In this document: positions 41,761 to 54,917 of the stretch, piece by piece
Numbering within the stretch: position 1 is the first letter of the stretch
Layout of the letters: every line of letters begins with the position of its first letter
From: Eledone cirrhosa
Lineage: Eukaryota
Direction: 5' to 3'
Assembly: GCA_964016885.1 (NCBI GenBank)
Contig: OZ024743.1
Span: 292,950,001 to 293,014,000 of the forward strand
DNA length: 64,000 nt
Notes under the pieces: model-generated
Told to the model about the DNA's origin: nothing
What the model saw: the letters and a program-made list of their open reading frames with translations, nothing else
Database searches by the model: none
Translations under genes and position numbers: made by a program

Positions 41761-43121
41761 CACTAACACCACTAACACACTCCTCCTTTTCACCGCCCAC
41801 CCCACAACTAAAAATACTAACACCCCCTACCCACCCCGACCACCCTCCCCCAACTAACTATACTAACATCCTTTTTCTGCATCCTCTCCCTTCCCCCTGT
41901 CCCTATCACCACTAACCCTCACCCACACATCCACTCCCACCACCCCACAACTAATACCACTAACATCCCCCCGACGCCACGCACACGAACGTACACACCC
42001 ACCCACACGCACCCACACCCACTTACACCACCCACTCTACACACCCTACCACAACTGATCCCCATTAACACACCCGCAATCAACCCTTTCCCCACCACTA
42101 GTATACTAACACCCACACACACTCATCCAAACACGAACACACACACCCGTACACTACATTCCCTCCACCGTCCCCCACACCTTTCTCTCCCTCTCCCCGC
42201 TCCACCCACACCCCTTCACACACACACACACACACACATCCCACTAACACCTCTACTAATACACCCCCGCATGACCCCCTCCTTTTACACCTACCCATCC
42301 TCTCCCCTGTCCACCGCACATCCGCACAAACTGACACACCGACTTTCTCCACCTGCCATTCTCCCCTACTGCTGCTATGCTCTGACCCTCTGACCACCTC
42401 TCCGCATACACAGACACACAACTCTCCTCCTGCCTTGACCCTCTGACCACTTCCTGTTGCGCGCGCACCCCACATCTACCCTCTTCCGACCAACCCATCC
42501 ACGGATTACACACATTGGACATCGCTCCCACGAATCAACTCCTTCACTAGGAAAATATCCGGCAACCCACCACACCCTCTACGCAACTACCTTAGGTACT
42601 TACCCACGGACATACACTCACATACATTTTTTTCCCACACGCCATCTACATCCACAATACGTATAAACAGCACACACACGTGCGTACCCCCACATATTTA
42701 CACACTCAGCCTCCGGAATCTCTCCCTCCCCCCTCCTCCACCCTTCTGACCCCTCCCCACCCACACACGCACATACACAGCGACCTACACCTCACGCCAC
42801 ACACACCTTTTCCTGAACATGGAACCCCGTTCTTCCCCCAACTCTCACATTCACATACACACACACACACGTACACCTACACACACACACACCACCTTCA
42901 GCCCTCCCCGCTCGGACACCCCGCCTCCCTCTCCCCACTCCACCCGGCACCACCCCTACACGCCCCACACCCTTTATCTTCATGTTTATTTTTATTTTTA
43001 TTATGTTTTTCTATTTATTTTCATTTGTACCCCTTCCACCGTTTCCTGTCACCCCCTTTTTTTAAATGTCTCTCCCCACTCCCCTACACACCCTTGGAAC
43101 TCTCTTCCCACACACTTTTCG

Positions 43122-43150
43122 CATGAAGAAGGGCTTATGCCCGAAACGTC
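43122..43150 (+). ncRNA. Minimal PLE-type hammerhead at the end of the 40888 element, C3 mutated
   Basis: ATGAAGA-agggc-ttat-gccc-GAAACGTC. Confidence 0.65.
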
Positions 43151-43179
43151 TAAATTAGATATAATGGTAAATTTCTCAC

Positions 43180-43554
43180 ATAAACTTAATCTATGATCGT
43201 AAAGTTATAACTGACACCAATTCATTTACCTATCTTGGCTCCACTTCCACCTCCTTTAAAGCTCGTCTTTATAATCATCATTCGTCTTTTAAATACCAAC
43301 TTAAAAGAACCAACACGGCACTCTCAGAACTCATATGGTCCTTGAAAGACAAAAATATTAACTATAACATCTCTTGGAGGAAAGTTTGTTCTGCCTCTCC
43401 ATACTTGAATGCCTCTCTATCCAAAACATGTAATCTCTGTTTATGTGAGAAATTTACCATTATGTTTAATTTAGATTCTATAAATAGACGCACTGACTTA
43501 TTTTCTCTCTGCTTGCATAAATTCCACAGAACATTCCATAAAGTATACAGCTGA
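43180..43554 (+). pseudogene. PLE GIY-YIG endonuclease domain, C-terminal
   Basis: NLIY...TYLGSTSTSFKARLYNHHSSF...TALSELIWSLKD...CNLCLCEK...NRRTDLFSLCLH. Confidence 0.85.
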
Positions 43555-43607
43555 TATCTAATACTTTACCAATTTAAAATCCTTTTTCTCAAAGGCATAT
43601 ATCATAA

Positions 43608-44498
43608 TCTATAGAGCTCAGTGTGTGGTCATGCTCCTTCGTTATAGAAATCTACGATATAGAATTTCTTCAATTGAAATTTACAATTTAGTATTCGAAA
43701 CAGTTTCGATTGCGTCTTGACGCAGATCATTTTTTCAATTTCACCCACAATTACGCAAAAAATAGATAAAACTCAATATTTTACGATTTTTGTCTCTCAT
43801 TTAAACTGCTGAACTCTTTCTACTATCATTCAAAATCTATACAACTTCACACTTTCTGCTACTTTCTCTTTCCAAGCTTGATGGTGATACTGTCCGTTCA
43901 CACCACTCCCTACTGTCTTAAATTTAGAAAACACATATCCTCTATGAGGTTACTAAACCTGCTAGAAACAGCAGCTAACTCTCCCCCATATCACACCCCT
44001 CCCTACTGTCTTAAATTTAGAAAACATATCTTCTATGAGGTCACTAAACCTGCTAGAAACAGCAGCTAACTCTCCCCCATATCACACCACTCCCTACTGT
44101 CTTAAATTTAGAAAACACATATCCTCTATGAGGTCACTAAACCTGCTAGAAACAACAGCTAACTCTCCCTCATATCACAACCCTCCCTACTGTCTTAAAT
44201 TTAGAAAACACACAGACAGCCATGCAGAACAAATCCATCGCAACTCTGTTGTTCGGCTGGCATCGTCCACACGCGTGTTGCGCAAGTACTGTGAAACAAT
44301 AAATTTCAACACATTTTTGCACAGAGATAATATCCATAGGCGAAACTACAATTATCACTGCTCGCGCAGCTCCTGCTTCCAGGTCTGCAATTCATTCACC
44401 CAGTGCCAGGCAGACAAAAAAGTGCTGCCATAAAATGGGTGGTGCAACCTAACTTTGGTAACTTAATGACCCCCAGCAACGCCGGGGTTTAATGCTAG
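43608..44498 (+). mobile_element. Probable non-autonomous Helitron with internal ~91-bp tandem repeat (43906-44212)
   Basis: 3' hairpin ccccagcaacgccgggg followed by CTAG|T. 5' boundary uncertain. About 3.3 copies of ctccctactgtcttaaatttagaaaac...ctcccccatatcaca. Confidence 0.55.
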
Positions 44499-45694
44499 TA
44501 TATATATATTTCTTTAAAAATATACCCATCTTTCTACCTTATTTCAATGTTATTTATTATAAATTATATAATACTAGTTACTCATTCTATATCATTCCTA
44601 TTTATCACTTCTCTTTCTTCCTTTTTTCCTTTTTTCTTTTAATTTCTAACCTCTAATCTGTACCTTTTCTTCCTAGATACTTCTCAATTCTCATTATTAC
44701 TCACCACAATATATCCTCTCTTCCTTCTTCCATCATATCACTGGCCATAAAACTTACTATTACCCTTTTAAATACTTCATAGTATCACCTTTAAAAATCC
44801 TTCGTAAACATAAACATTTTTTTTTTTTACATTAGATTATTCATCCTCAATTCATTATTTTTTCTCCCTTTCATGCTCGTCTAACTTTTACATATTACAC
44901 ATCACAATACATAAAAACAAACTTAAACCCTAACTAATCTCCTTTATTACATTATATTATTACCATTAGGAAATACTTCATAAACATACATATTTTGATG
45001 TTAGAGACTTCTCTTCCTTAAACACTATCTCCTTCTTTGCTTTCTGCGCTCATTTGTAAGCAAACTATTTACATATATTACACATACATATTACATTACA
45101 TAAAAACAAACTTAAACACTAACTAATTCCTCTAAATTCCTAATTCATCCACTCTTCTACTTCTTTTCACATTATATCCTTAATAACATTAATATTTTTA
45201 TTTTTAATAATACATATCAACAATTTCTTTCCATCGCACATATTATTAAACCCTTCAATATTCAAACCTTAATTTAATATTATTCTTAATACATATTAAA
45301 AATTTCTTTTCATCGCACATATTATTAAACCCTTCAATATACAAACCTTAATTTAACATTATTCTTAATTTTTCTCTTCATTAATTTTCAAATTCTTTTA
45401 ATTTATATATTATCTTCCAACGGCTTTTTAACCTCTCTCTGTAAAACAATATATTTTTCTCAGTTATAAAGGCTATCTCTCTCTTTCTATCACCCATCTC
45501 TCCTCCAATCTCCTCCTTCCTTATTATACTCCTCCCCCTCCATTCTTTACTCTCATCTCCTCCTCTTTTTCATCCTTTCCAACCACCCCTCATTTTTTTC
45601 CCAATATCACACATCAATCTTAAACTACTTTTCATATGTTGATTTAAAACTGCACTATTCACAAGTGTTTTTTAATCTTCATATCATGTCTCCC

Positions 45695-45765
45695 TATTTT
45701 ATCTGACAAAAACACAAATGTCATCGCATGATGATATTTGTTTTTGAAATGCGCCTAATAAAATA
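45695..45765 (+). ncRNA. Degenerate hammerhead closing the 3' UTR of the 43180 PLE
   Basis: tattttat-CTGACAA-aaacacaaatgtcatc/gatgatatttgttttt-GAAAT-GCGC-CTA-ataaaata. Confidence 0.6.
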
Positions 45766-45982
45766 CATGGAACTCTTTTACCATCTTTTGATCTTATATT
45801 ATATATATATATATATACATATACTTATATTTGTATATGTGTATTTATGTATTTTGTATATGTGTATATATGTGTATTTCTGTAGATGTGTTTGTATATG
45901 TTTGTATATGTGTATGTTTATATGTATGTATATATATATATGTGTGTGTGTGTGTGCGTGTGTGTATGTGTGTTTGTGTGTG

Positions 45983-46055
<73 letters not shown>

Positions 46056-46064
46056 GTGTCTGTT

Positions 46065-46550
46065 GACACCTGGAATATAGCTGAAGAAAAATATGACAAT
46101 AAAGATATGATAGGCACCCAATATTTTGAACTGATTTATAGAATTCTCTTGGCCTTTGTCTCTCTAAGTAGAATTTTAAAGTATTAGCTTTTAAAGAATT
46201 TCCCTTTTCTTTAAATCCATCAACCATGACCGACCCCCCCCCACCACCACCACCATCTTATAGACACCTGAAATATAGGCATTGTTAGCTTAAGAGAACT
46301 TAAAAATAAGGACTGGCACCCCATTCTAAACTTGTTTATAGAATTCTTTCTGCCTTTGTCATTTTAAGTATAAATCATAGCCTTAAAGAACTAGTTTTTA
46401 ATGAATTCCCATTTCTTTCAACCAATGATCTCTGCCCTCACCTACCACCTGAAAAGATATAAACCACAACATTTATTTTGGAAAGCCAGATTCCTGATGA
46501 TTTCTAAAGAATGAAACAGTTCTAGTCCTGTAGAATCTCATCTATATTAA
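46065..46550 (+). mobile_element. Family K 3' region with internal ~190-bp duplication and intact hammerhead (46488-46538)
   Basis: agattc-CTGATGA-tttctaaagaat-GAAACAG-ttctagtc-CTGTA-gaatct. Confidence 0.8.
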
Positions 46551-46589
46551 AACTATACATATATATATGTGTGTGTGTGTGTGTGTTTA

Positions 46590-46821
46590 TTGGTAGCTAT
46601 GATGCTTCCATAGGCGGTATGCCAGATGAGCACTCTATGTTCTTACAGAGCAGAGTGTGATATAAAATAAAACAAAAAAATCAGTGATGCATCTGGACTC
46701 AGTATATTGTGTGTTACAATTGTTTCAGACAGATCCATACAATGATCGTGTCTCGAGCTATCTGCCGGCGAAACAATTGTGACACATAATAAACTGAGTC
46801 CAGATGCATCACTAATTTTTC

Positions 46822-46827
<6 letters not shown>
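46590..46827. mobile_element. Fold-back insert with HHR 3' half (GAAAC-AATT-GT)
   Basis: Arms agtgatgcatctggactcagt...acaattgtttc / gaaacaattgt...actgagtccagatgcatcact. The long arm is shared with the 20260 family. Confidence 0.7.
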
Positions 46828-46874
<47 letters not shown>

Positions 46875-46879
46875 GGATA

Positions 46880-47360
46880 AGTTATAACGGGTTCAATCGG
46901 GGGTAACCACAGTAAGTAATGTACTCAGTAAGTAATGTACTGCAGAGTATAAATGTTTAATATAGAAAAGCTTCTACAGTACTAGAATTGTTTCATTCGT
47001 GAGAAATCATCAGGAAGCGGCCTGTCCAAGTAAATGTGGTGGTATTTATATGTTTTCTGGTGGTAGGGGAGGGTGGGAATTGGGATGGGTGGAGGTCTTT
47101 GGTTGATGGGTTTAAAGAAAAGAGAATTCTTTAAAGCTATAATTTATATTTAGATTGACGAAGGTAGAAAGAATTAGCTTTTAAAGAATTCCCTTTTCTT
47201 TAAACCCATCAACAAATGACCTCCACCCATTCCAATCCCCACCCTCTCTTACCATCAGAAAAGATATAAATACCACCATATTTACTTGGACACTCAGCTT
47301 CCTGATGATTTCTCACGAATGAAACAGTTATAGTCCTCTAGAAGCTTTTCTATATTAAAC
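46880..47360. mobile_element. Family K ~400-bp fold-back with hammerheads on both arms (46970-47018 -, 47296-47346 +)
   Basis: 46955-47140 is the reverse complement of 47175-47360. gcttc-CTGATGA...GAAAC...gaagc on each arm. Confidence 0.85.
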
Positions 47361-47381
47361 GTATATATATACATATATATA

Positions 47382-47470
<89 letters not shown>

Positions 47471-47519
47471 GTATATATATATATATGTATATGTATATAT
47501 ATATATATGTATATGTATA

Positions 47520-47566
<47 letters not shown>

Positions 47567-47699
47567 GTTTACAAACACAGCGAGCATTATAATCAATGTT
47601 CGGTAAATCCATACGTACATATATATATGTGTGCATGTATGTATATATATACATACTACTGTACGTCTGTATTCATATATATGTATGTACGTATACATA

Positions 47700-47763
<64 letters not shown>

Positions 47764-48049
47764 GATATAATTTAGCGAGAATCGTATTTCGGCGGGTAGA
47801 AATTAGCGAAACACAACTTCAATAATGTGCAGACAAGCGCTCCATGCATATGAAGAGGATAGCAGAGCTATAAACATAAGTTAAAATGGTCATACACGCT
47901 GAGACGATGGTTGAGAAGCCATAACCACCATAGCCAAAAAAGCTAACAAGCTAAACGGGTCAAACAAAATGAGATATGATTCAAATAGTTACCCGGATCC
48001 TCGGGAAAGATGTAATACTCCGAAATTTGGGTTTCTGCAACACCTAAAT

Positions 48050-48240
48050 CAATAATTGTTTCTACTTTAGGCACAAGGCCAGCAATTACCAGTGCATTAC
48101 TGGTACTTTATTTTATCGACCCCGTAAGGATGAAAGGCAAAGTCAACCTCGGCGGGATTTGAACTCAGATCGTAAAGGGACGTAACTATGCTGGAAAGCA
48201 TGGCGTCCGACCCTCTACCGATACTGCCAATCCACCACCC
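48050..48240 (-). mobile_element. Nin/Deu-domain SINE, internally deleted subtype
   Basis: Nearly identical to 35320-35505. Confidence 0.85.
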
Positions 48241-48287
48241 TCAATCAATAATAATGTCTGCTTATAAAAATAATATATATATATGTG

Positions 48288-48390
<103 letters not shown>

Positions 48391-48847
48391 TTATCAATCT
48401 CTTCACCAATCTACCTCCCTGTCTACCACCCTGTCTCTGAACCTGTCTACCTTAAAGGTACTTAACTTTCTACCTTCATTACTTCCCCTTTCTCCTTTTT
48501 TCCTTTCTTTCTTTCCTTCTTTCTTCCTTTAATCCTTTGTACTTTCTATTCATTTTAACCTTTATTTTGCGGCGCCCCTAACCACTACCAACCTACTTTT
48601 CTACCCCAGATATTTACTGTCTACATTCTTTCGTAGTCATTTGGGTAGATATAGGTAGATAGTGTTCATAGATATTATAGGGATCATATAAGCAAATGCT
48701 GACATACAACACTGACATAGGTGTATTTCTATGTATGTATGTATGTATGTATATATGTATATATGTGGCTGTTATTGCCTACATGTATGTATCTATATAA
48801 TCCTGTGTCTATTTGTGCGTGTGTGTTGATAGCTAAACAGACAGACA

Positions 48848-48959
<112 letters not shown>

Positions 48960-49433
48960 TGCATACGTACATACATACATACAGTGGCTGACTGGCCAGG
49001 TTGCCATGTTGCCCAATGGCAAGTGGGCCTCAGGGAGCCCACAGTAACACTGCAGGGGCCCATGTTAGCATTCCACGGGCCCACTATGGTATTTTAGGGC
49101 TCAATGTTTTGCTTTCAAAAATATCTTTAAAAAGAGGATGAATAAAGATTTTTTTTTAATAAATAAACAAATAAACAAAGCATTTGGTCAAACTATTCCC
49201 TGGGGAATGAAGAGAAACTAAAATAATTGTTTCTACTTGTGGCACAAGGCCAGCAATTACCCAGTACATATATATATATATATATAATAAGGAGTCGACG
49301 GGCCTAGCATATTTATCAATGCCAGGACTGGTTGTATCTCAGAGTACTCCATGGGCAATGTAAGATACATTCTCAGAGTATACACATAGTTATTCGCTTC
49401 AATACAACACACGTAAAGCGGCTGCCTATAATA

Positions 49434-49551
49434 GTTGCCGGACTCGAGTTTCGGCCGCATTTTATGCAGTAGTAAGGTGCACTGCACCATCTGTTTGCAT
49501 ATATTATGCAACAATGCACAATCGGTTTATGCGGCTTCATCAGCGTGTAAC
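49434..49551 (-). ncRNA. Type I hammerhead with large helix II insertion
   Basis: gttacacg-CTGATGA-agccgcat...atgcggcc-GAAAC-TCGA-GTC-cggcaac. Helix III palindrome ACTCGAGT. Confidence 0.78.
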
Positions 49552-49959
49552 GCCTAATCAATAACCAATCGATCGACATATTCCAAACCCCAGCCCATGC
49601 CAGTCATGACTGTTTGTGACAACCGACACGGTAAAGCGACTAGCAACTGGAACCCGATACAACTCTGTACCCCGACTAGCCACCGGTTTACAAATTTTAC
49701 GTGGTGGCGGGAGAATAGAAAACCAATCTTTTCGTTCCCGTCAAAAGTCTCAGCCAACGTGTCTCACACGCAAATTATTAAGAGGAGTAAGGATGGTTAT
49801 TAGAAATAGCAGTCCACATCGATGTATAATATATATATATATACTTGACAGTGCTCAACCGGCATACCGCCTATAGACGCATCCTAGCATATACATTCAT
49901 ACATACATACATACATACATACATACATACATACATACATACATACATACATACATACA

Positions 49960-49991
<32 letters not shown>

Positions 49992-49993
49992 CA

Positions 49994-51076
49994 TTTAAAT
50001 AGCTTGACAAATCGAACATTGTGGTAGGCAAAATCTAACACACAATAATATACCAAAGTAACGATAGAACTAACAGGTTGAGAAAAATACACCTGGACAA
50101 ATCAAACGAGTATACGTTTAAAGTGTTTCTTTGAATCCGAAATCAAATATCAGACTTACGTGACTGACAAGCTCATAGTATTCATGATCGAACAGAGGAT
50201 TCAGTTTTTCAACAGGTTTTCGTTCTACCCAGAACGGGCTGATAGGCTAAATGTTGCTGCTAGATGCAGCGTATCGTATCTATAGCTGTCACGTGTTAAT
50301 TCCAACAAGAGAAATAACCCCCGGTTTTTGGCGGGTCATTCAAAATGTTAGACAAAGGAAATATTTTAATTTCCGCTAATCATCATGATAAGCTCTCGAC
50401 TAGATGTTATAAAACCAACACAAATAATTAACCAATCAACAGAATTGTCTAATTAAATTAATTAGTTAATTATTAAATCTAGGAGAATAATATAATTGGA
50501 AATTAAGTAAAATCGAATCTCTGTCGGTTTGCAAGCAAATTCGGCCTACTTATATGAAATGATGAGTTAGCAAAGCACTCGATAAGGTAGATCCTTAGAG
50601 TAATAACATACGTTTAAATAGCTTGACAAATCGAACATTGTGGTAGGCAAAATCTAACACACAATAATATACCAAAGTAACGATAGAACTAACAGGTTGA
50701 GAAAAATACACCTGGACAAATCAAACGATTATACATTTAAAGTGTTTCTTTGAATCCGAAATCAAATATCAGACATACCTGACTGGCAAGCTCGTGGTAT
50801 TCATGATCGAACAGAGGATTCAGTTTTTCAACAGGTTTTCGTTCTACCCAGAACGGGGTGATAGGCTACATGTTGCTGCTAGGTGCAGCGTATCGTATCG
50901 ATAGCTGTCACGTGTTAATTCCAGCAAGATAAATAACCCCCGGTTTTTGGCGTAAGTCTGATATTTGATTTCGGATTCAAAGAAACACTTTAAACGTATA
51001 ATCGTTTGATTTGTCCAGGTGTATTTTTCTCAACCTGTTAGTTCTATCGTTACTTTGGTATATTATTGTGTGTTAG
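49994..51076. repeat. ~340-bp direct repeat (period ~619 bp) followed by an inverted ~125-bp partial copy
   Basis: 49994-50332 matches 50613-50952. 50951-51076 is the reverse complement of ~50034-50160. Confidence 0.88.
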
Positions 51077-51491
51077 AATTAGCCGTCGAAACGGCTTGAG
51101 CTCTGCCGTCGGGGTCATACTTGTTCCTATATATATATATATATATTTACACATACACACGAGTTGCTGGCCAAATAACTTTTGATCTCAATGTGTTAAA
51201 GACATGTAATCTTTGTACAAGTTGAAAACATATATGTATATATATATATATATTTCTATTTATTTGCCACCAGGGCATCAAAGATTGGGACAAATACAAA
51301 GGGGGGAGTTTACATACATTTAAAAAGACGTGTAAAAAACATATGACAAATTAAATTTAACAATCGATGTCCTCAATAGGGAGGGGCGTTGACATGGGTC
51401 GCACACACCCCCGAAAAAATGTGCAACCCTCCTCTTCAGGAGCACAAAGAGCGGGTGCTTCCTTCCTCTTCTCATTCTTCTCCTCTCTCAC

Positions 51492-54400
51492 CTACAGGCT
51501 GATATAGAGAGAAGGCCCATTCACTCGGGCCATTCTCGCTACTTTCACCCATCTTTCATAAAACTTGCTGGGGTAGAGCACCTCTCTCTCCATTCTGATC
51601 CTTCTTCTAAAGTGGTACTTGAAAAAAAGACCAGTTGTTGGTCGGAGAGAAAGGTGTCTGACCTCAGCCCTTTCAACCTTGTCCACCATACAACCTCTTT
51701 CGCCATGGCTATAACACAGAGGAAAACCGCCTCTCCTTCGTTTTTGAAAGGGGGAGGCGGTTTGATTGTGACAATGTTCTCGGTGGTCAACCGGATTGGT
51801 CCCACCCGCGACAGTAGTCGTTCTACATAGCCCCACAGGTCAGCAACGCCCGGGCAGTGTACGAATGCGTGTGCGACGGTTTCCTCGTCACGCACGCATC
51901 TTGGACAGATCTTCTTCGAGGGGTCCCTAGCCGGGCGCCCGTGTCTGTAGAGCTTGTCCCGAACATTGCCAAGCCAGGGACTTTTGGAAGTTGTCCATCG
52001 GTCCCGGGCCAAACGTCCTACCGAACAGACTGGCCAGCTCGTCTTCCTCCATGCCCAGAGCCTCTCCGAGAGCGTCGTCGCACTTACTGCGCACTAACCC
52101 TCTATAGAATGTTGAGGTTGAGTCTCCACTGATTGCCGGATCCGCTTGCCAGAGGGCCGTGAGCGCCTGGGCACATTCAATGTGCCAGTCGCCCACTTTT
52201 CTCGGTCTTTGCTTGACCCAGGATTGCAGCTCGGTGAGTGAGACGAGTCTCGGAAAGGCTCGCCTCACAAACAGGGCCCACACCGGCTGACCGGTGAGGA
52301 ATACCTGGAGGTGCCGTAGCCTTAATGCGTGTCTACGCATCGTCAGCCACGGCTTCCCAGCCCTCCGTTCGAAGGGTGTTGACAGCAGATGGATCTTCTC
52401 ACCAAAGGAGCCCGCTTCTTCCAAAGAAATCGGAAGAGCGCGCGCTCCATTTTGGCGAGTGTTTTCTCTGGGCAAGGCACGACGGTCAAGCGGTAGTAGA
52501 TGACGGACGCTATATAAGCGTTCGCCACCTCCGCTCGACCTTTCAGGGATAGTTTGCACTCGGCCCACTTCTGGGCGAGTGCAAACACCTTGCCCGTTAC
52601 CTCGTCCCAGTTTTTCTCCACCTGGAGGTCCGGTCCGAACCAGACCCCGAGCAGCTTCACCGGTCCCTCCGTCCAGCGTCCGACGATGCCGTCGGAGGGC
52701 ATCGTTTTTGCCCCTCCACGTCCCGAGTTGCAAACCGACGGACTTGTCCCGGTTCAGCTTGGCTCCTGTGAACCTTTTATATTCCTCCAGTAAGGTGCCG
52801 ATCTGCCCGATTTCCGAGGCGCACGACACCATTAGTGTCACGTCATCGGCGTAGGCCGACACCGCTTTCCGCAATCTCGGTTCCAAGGGGATGCCCTGCA
52901 ACAGCTCCAGCTTCCTCAGTAGTGGTCGAGAGCCAACACATACAGGAGGGGGGAGAGAGGGCATCCCTGTCGAATGGATCGAGTGATTTGTAGCGGCTGC
53001 GAGAGGTAGCCGTTCACCTTGACCCTCGAGCAGGTGTTGCCGCTGTGCATTGCAGCAATCCAGCCCCTGAAAACGGGTCCGAAGCCTGCCGCCGCGAGCA
53101 CCGCATCCAGGTACCGATGGTCAACCCTATCGAACGCTTTAGATTGATCCAAGTTGATCAAGGCCCCACCAAAGCCGGGTTCGTTCCCTACCCTCTCTAC
53201 GATGTATCGCATGAGGTGGAGGTTGTCGTGTATGGACCTGGACGGGATTGCGCATGTCTGCGCTTTTCCAACCAGGTTCCCGACGACAAGCGCCAACCTC
53301 TTCGCTAACACCTTGGCCAAAATCTTTAACTCTGTGTTTAGCAGAGTTATGGGCCTGAAGTTATCTATGTCATCCCCCTTTTTCTCGTCCTTCCTCACCA
53401 GCGTGACTACGCCCTTGGTCACAGAACTGGGAATTCTCCCCTTCTGTTGCCAGTTGCAGTAGACCGCCTCGAGCAGACCAGAAAACAAGCCCGGCATCGC
53501 TACATAAAGTTCGTATGGTAGACCATCGAGACCCGGAGATTTGCGTTTGCCGCATTGGCTCAGCGCATCCCCTATTTCAGCGGCTGAAATCTGCCTCTCG
53601 CAGGACTTCGCCTCCCCGTCCGAGAGCCGCGCCAGACCGTCGAGATATGGACCGAAATCCATGGCCCCACCCGGCCCGCCGCCCCTACCGAACAGTCGTG
53701 CAAAGCGCCGTTGAAAGGCCGCGCTCATCCGCTCAGGTTCAAGGATCACGCGTCCATCCTGGTCCTTCAAAGACCGAATCGTGGACTTGTTTCCACTTTT
53801 TGCCTCTGTCACTCGGGCCCAGCTAACAGCTTTGGCTCCCTCGTTACCCAGAGCACGTATTTTACTCCTGACAACGTAGCCCTCGTGCTTCGCATCAAAG
53901 AACTGGTCTAGGGCCGTTCTTGACGCCAGCACGCCGGCCACGTTGCCACTCCTAATCGCCTCTCCTACTCTATTTGTTAATTCCCTTTCAGTTCTATTCC
54001 TATCTGATGCTAATTCCCGACTAAAACCTATCGATTCTATTCTAATTTCTCTCTTGAGAGTGCCCCACCACCTGTTGTTGACAATTGCCCCCGCAAACGC
54101 TGCTTAACTAGTGTGCTAATCCGCTTACTGTAAGCTTTGTGTGTCGGTAAAGACAAGTTTAGATTCCAGTAACCGGGTCCCTGTCTATGAGTTCTATCAA
54201 GGTTGACCACTCCGGTCAACAACTTGTGATCCGAATAGTCAACCATGAACATTCGTGGACAGCTTAATATGTCCCTATCCTTATTTCTAACTAGGAACCT
54301 ATCTAGGTACGACCTGGATGTTCCGCTGCGATTACTCCACGTCCACCGTGACACAGTCGGAAAATCCAGTCGATATCTATCGGCCATATCAAATCGGCCG

Positions 54401-54874
54401 ATTAATCGTTTGAGGCTGTTACACCCCCCTCTATCGGGACATGCCCCTACATAGTCCCAACGTGCATCCAGGATACCATTCCAGTCCCCCACTAAAAGCA
54501 AGGAGCGAGACGTTCCCAGGAAATTCTCCAGGCGTCGGAAGAAGTCCGGTCGCGGTGTGCCCGATGGGGCATACGCTGCCACCAGCCCGAAAGCTCCACC
54601 ATCACCACTGCCGACGTCTAAAACCACCAGTCGACCCTCCGGGTCCAGGTGTACCTTCTGTGTGGCAAGACCCAGGTATTTTCGGCTGACAGAGAGATGC
54701 GTAGACCTCAAAGTAGTCGAAGATGGGGGCCAGTTGGCGCTCGCTGCTGATCCTGGACTCGCAAATAACCATTACATCCACTCTGTGTGACCTGAGGTCA
54801 TTTAAGAGTTTGCCCTGTTTCCAGGACATCCCCAAGCCGCGTGCATTCACACATCCAACTCTTATATTGGCCAT
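51492..54874 (-). pseudogene. Tx1-like ORF2 (APE + RT), frameshifted
   Basis: MANIRVGCVNARGL...ICES; GDWN; YLDRF; YSDH; SPGLDGL; NFRPITLLNTELKIL; KAFDRVDH; RQGCPLSP; AYADD; CPRC...ETVAHAFVHC. Confidence 0.93.
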
Positions 54875-54917
54875 GTTGGTGCTGAAGATGTAAAAAGGAA
54901 GAGGAAAGGAAATTACA

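Noticed and set aside
43906-44212. Regular repeats resembling a CRISPR array
   Set aside because: Whole ~91-bp units repeat without unique spacers; eukaryotic context and no cas genes.
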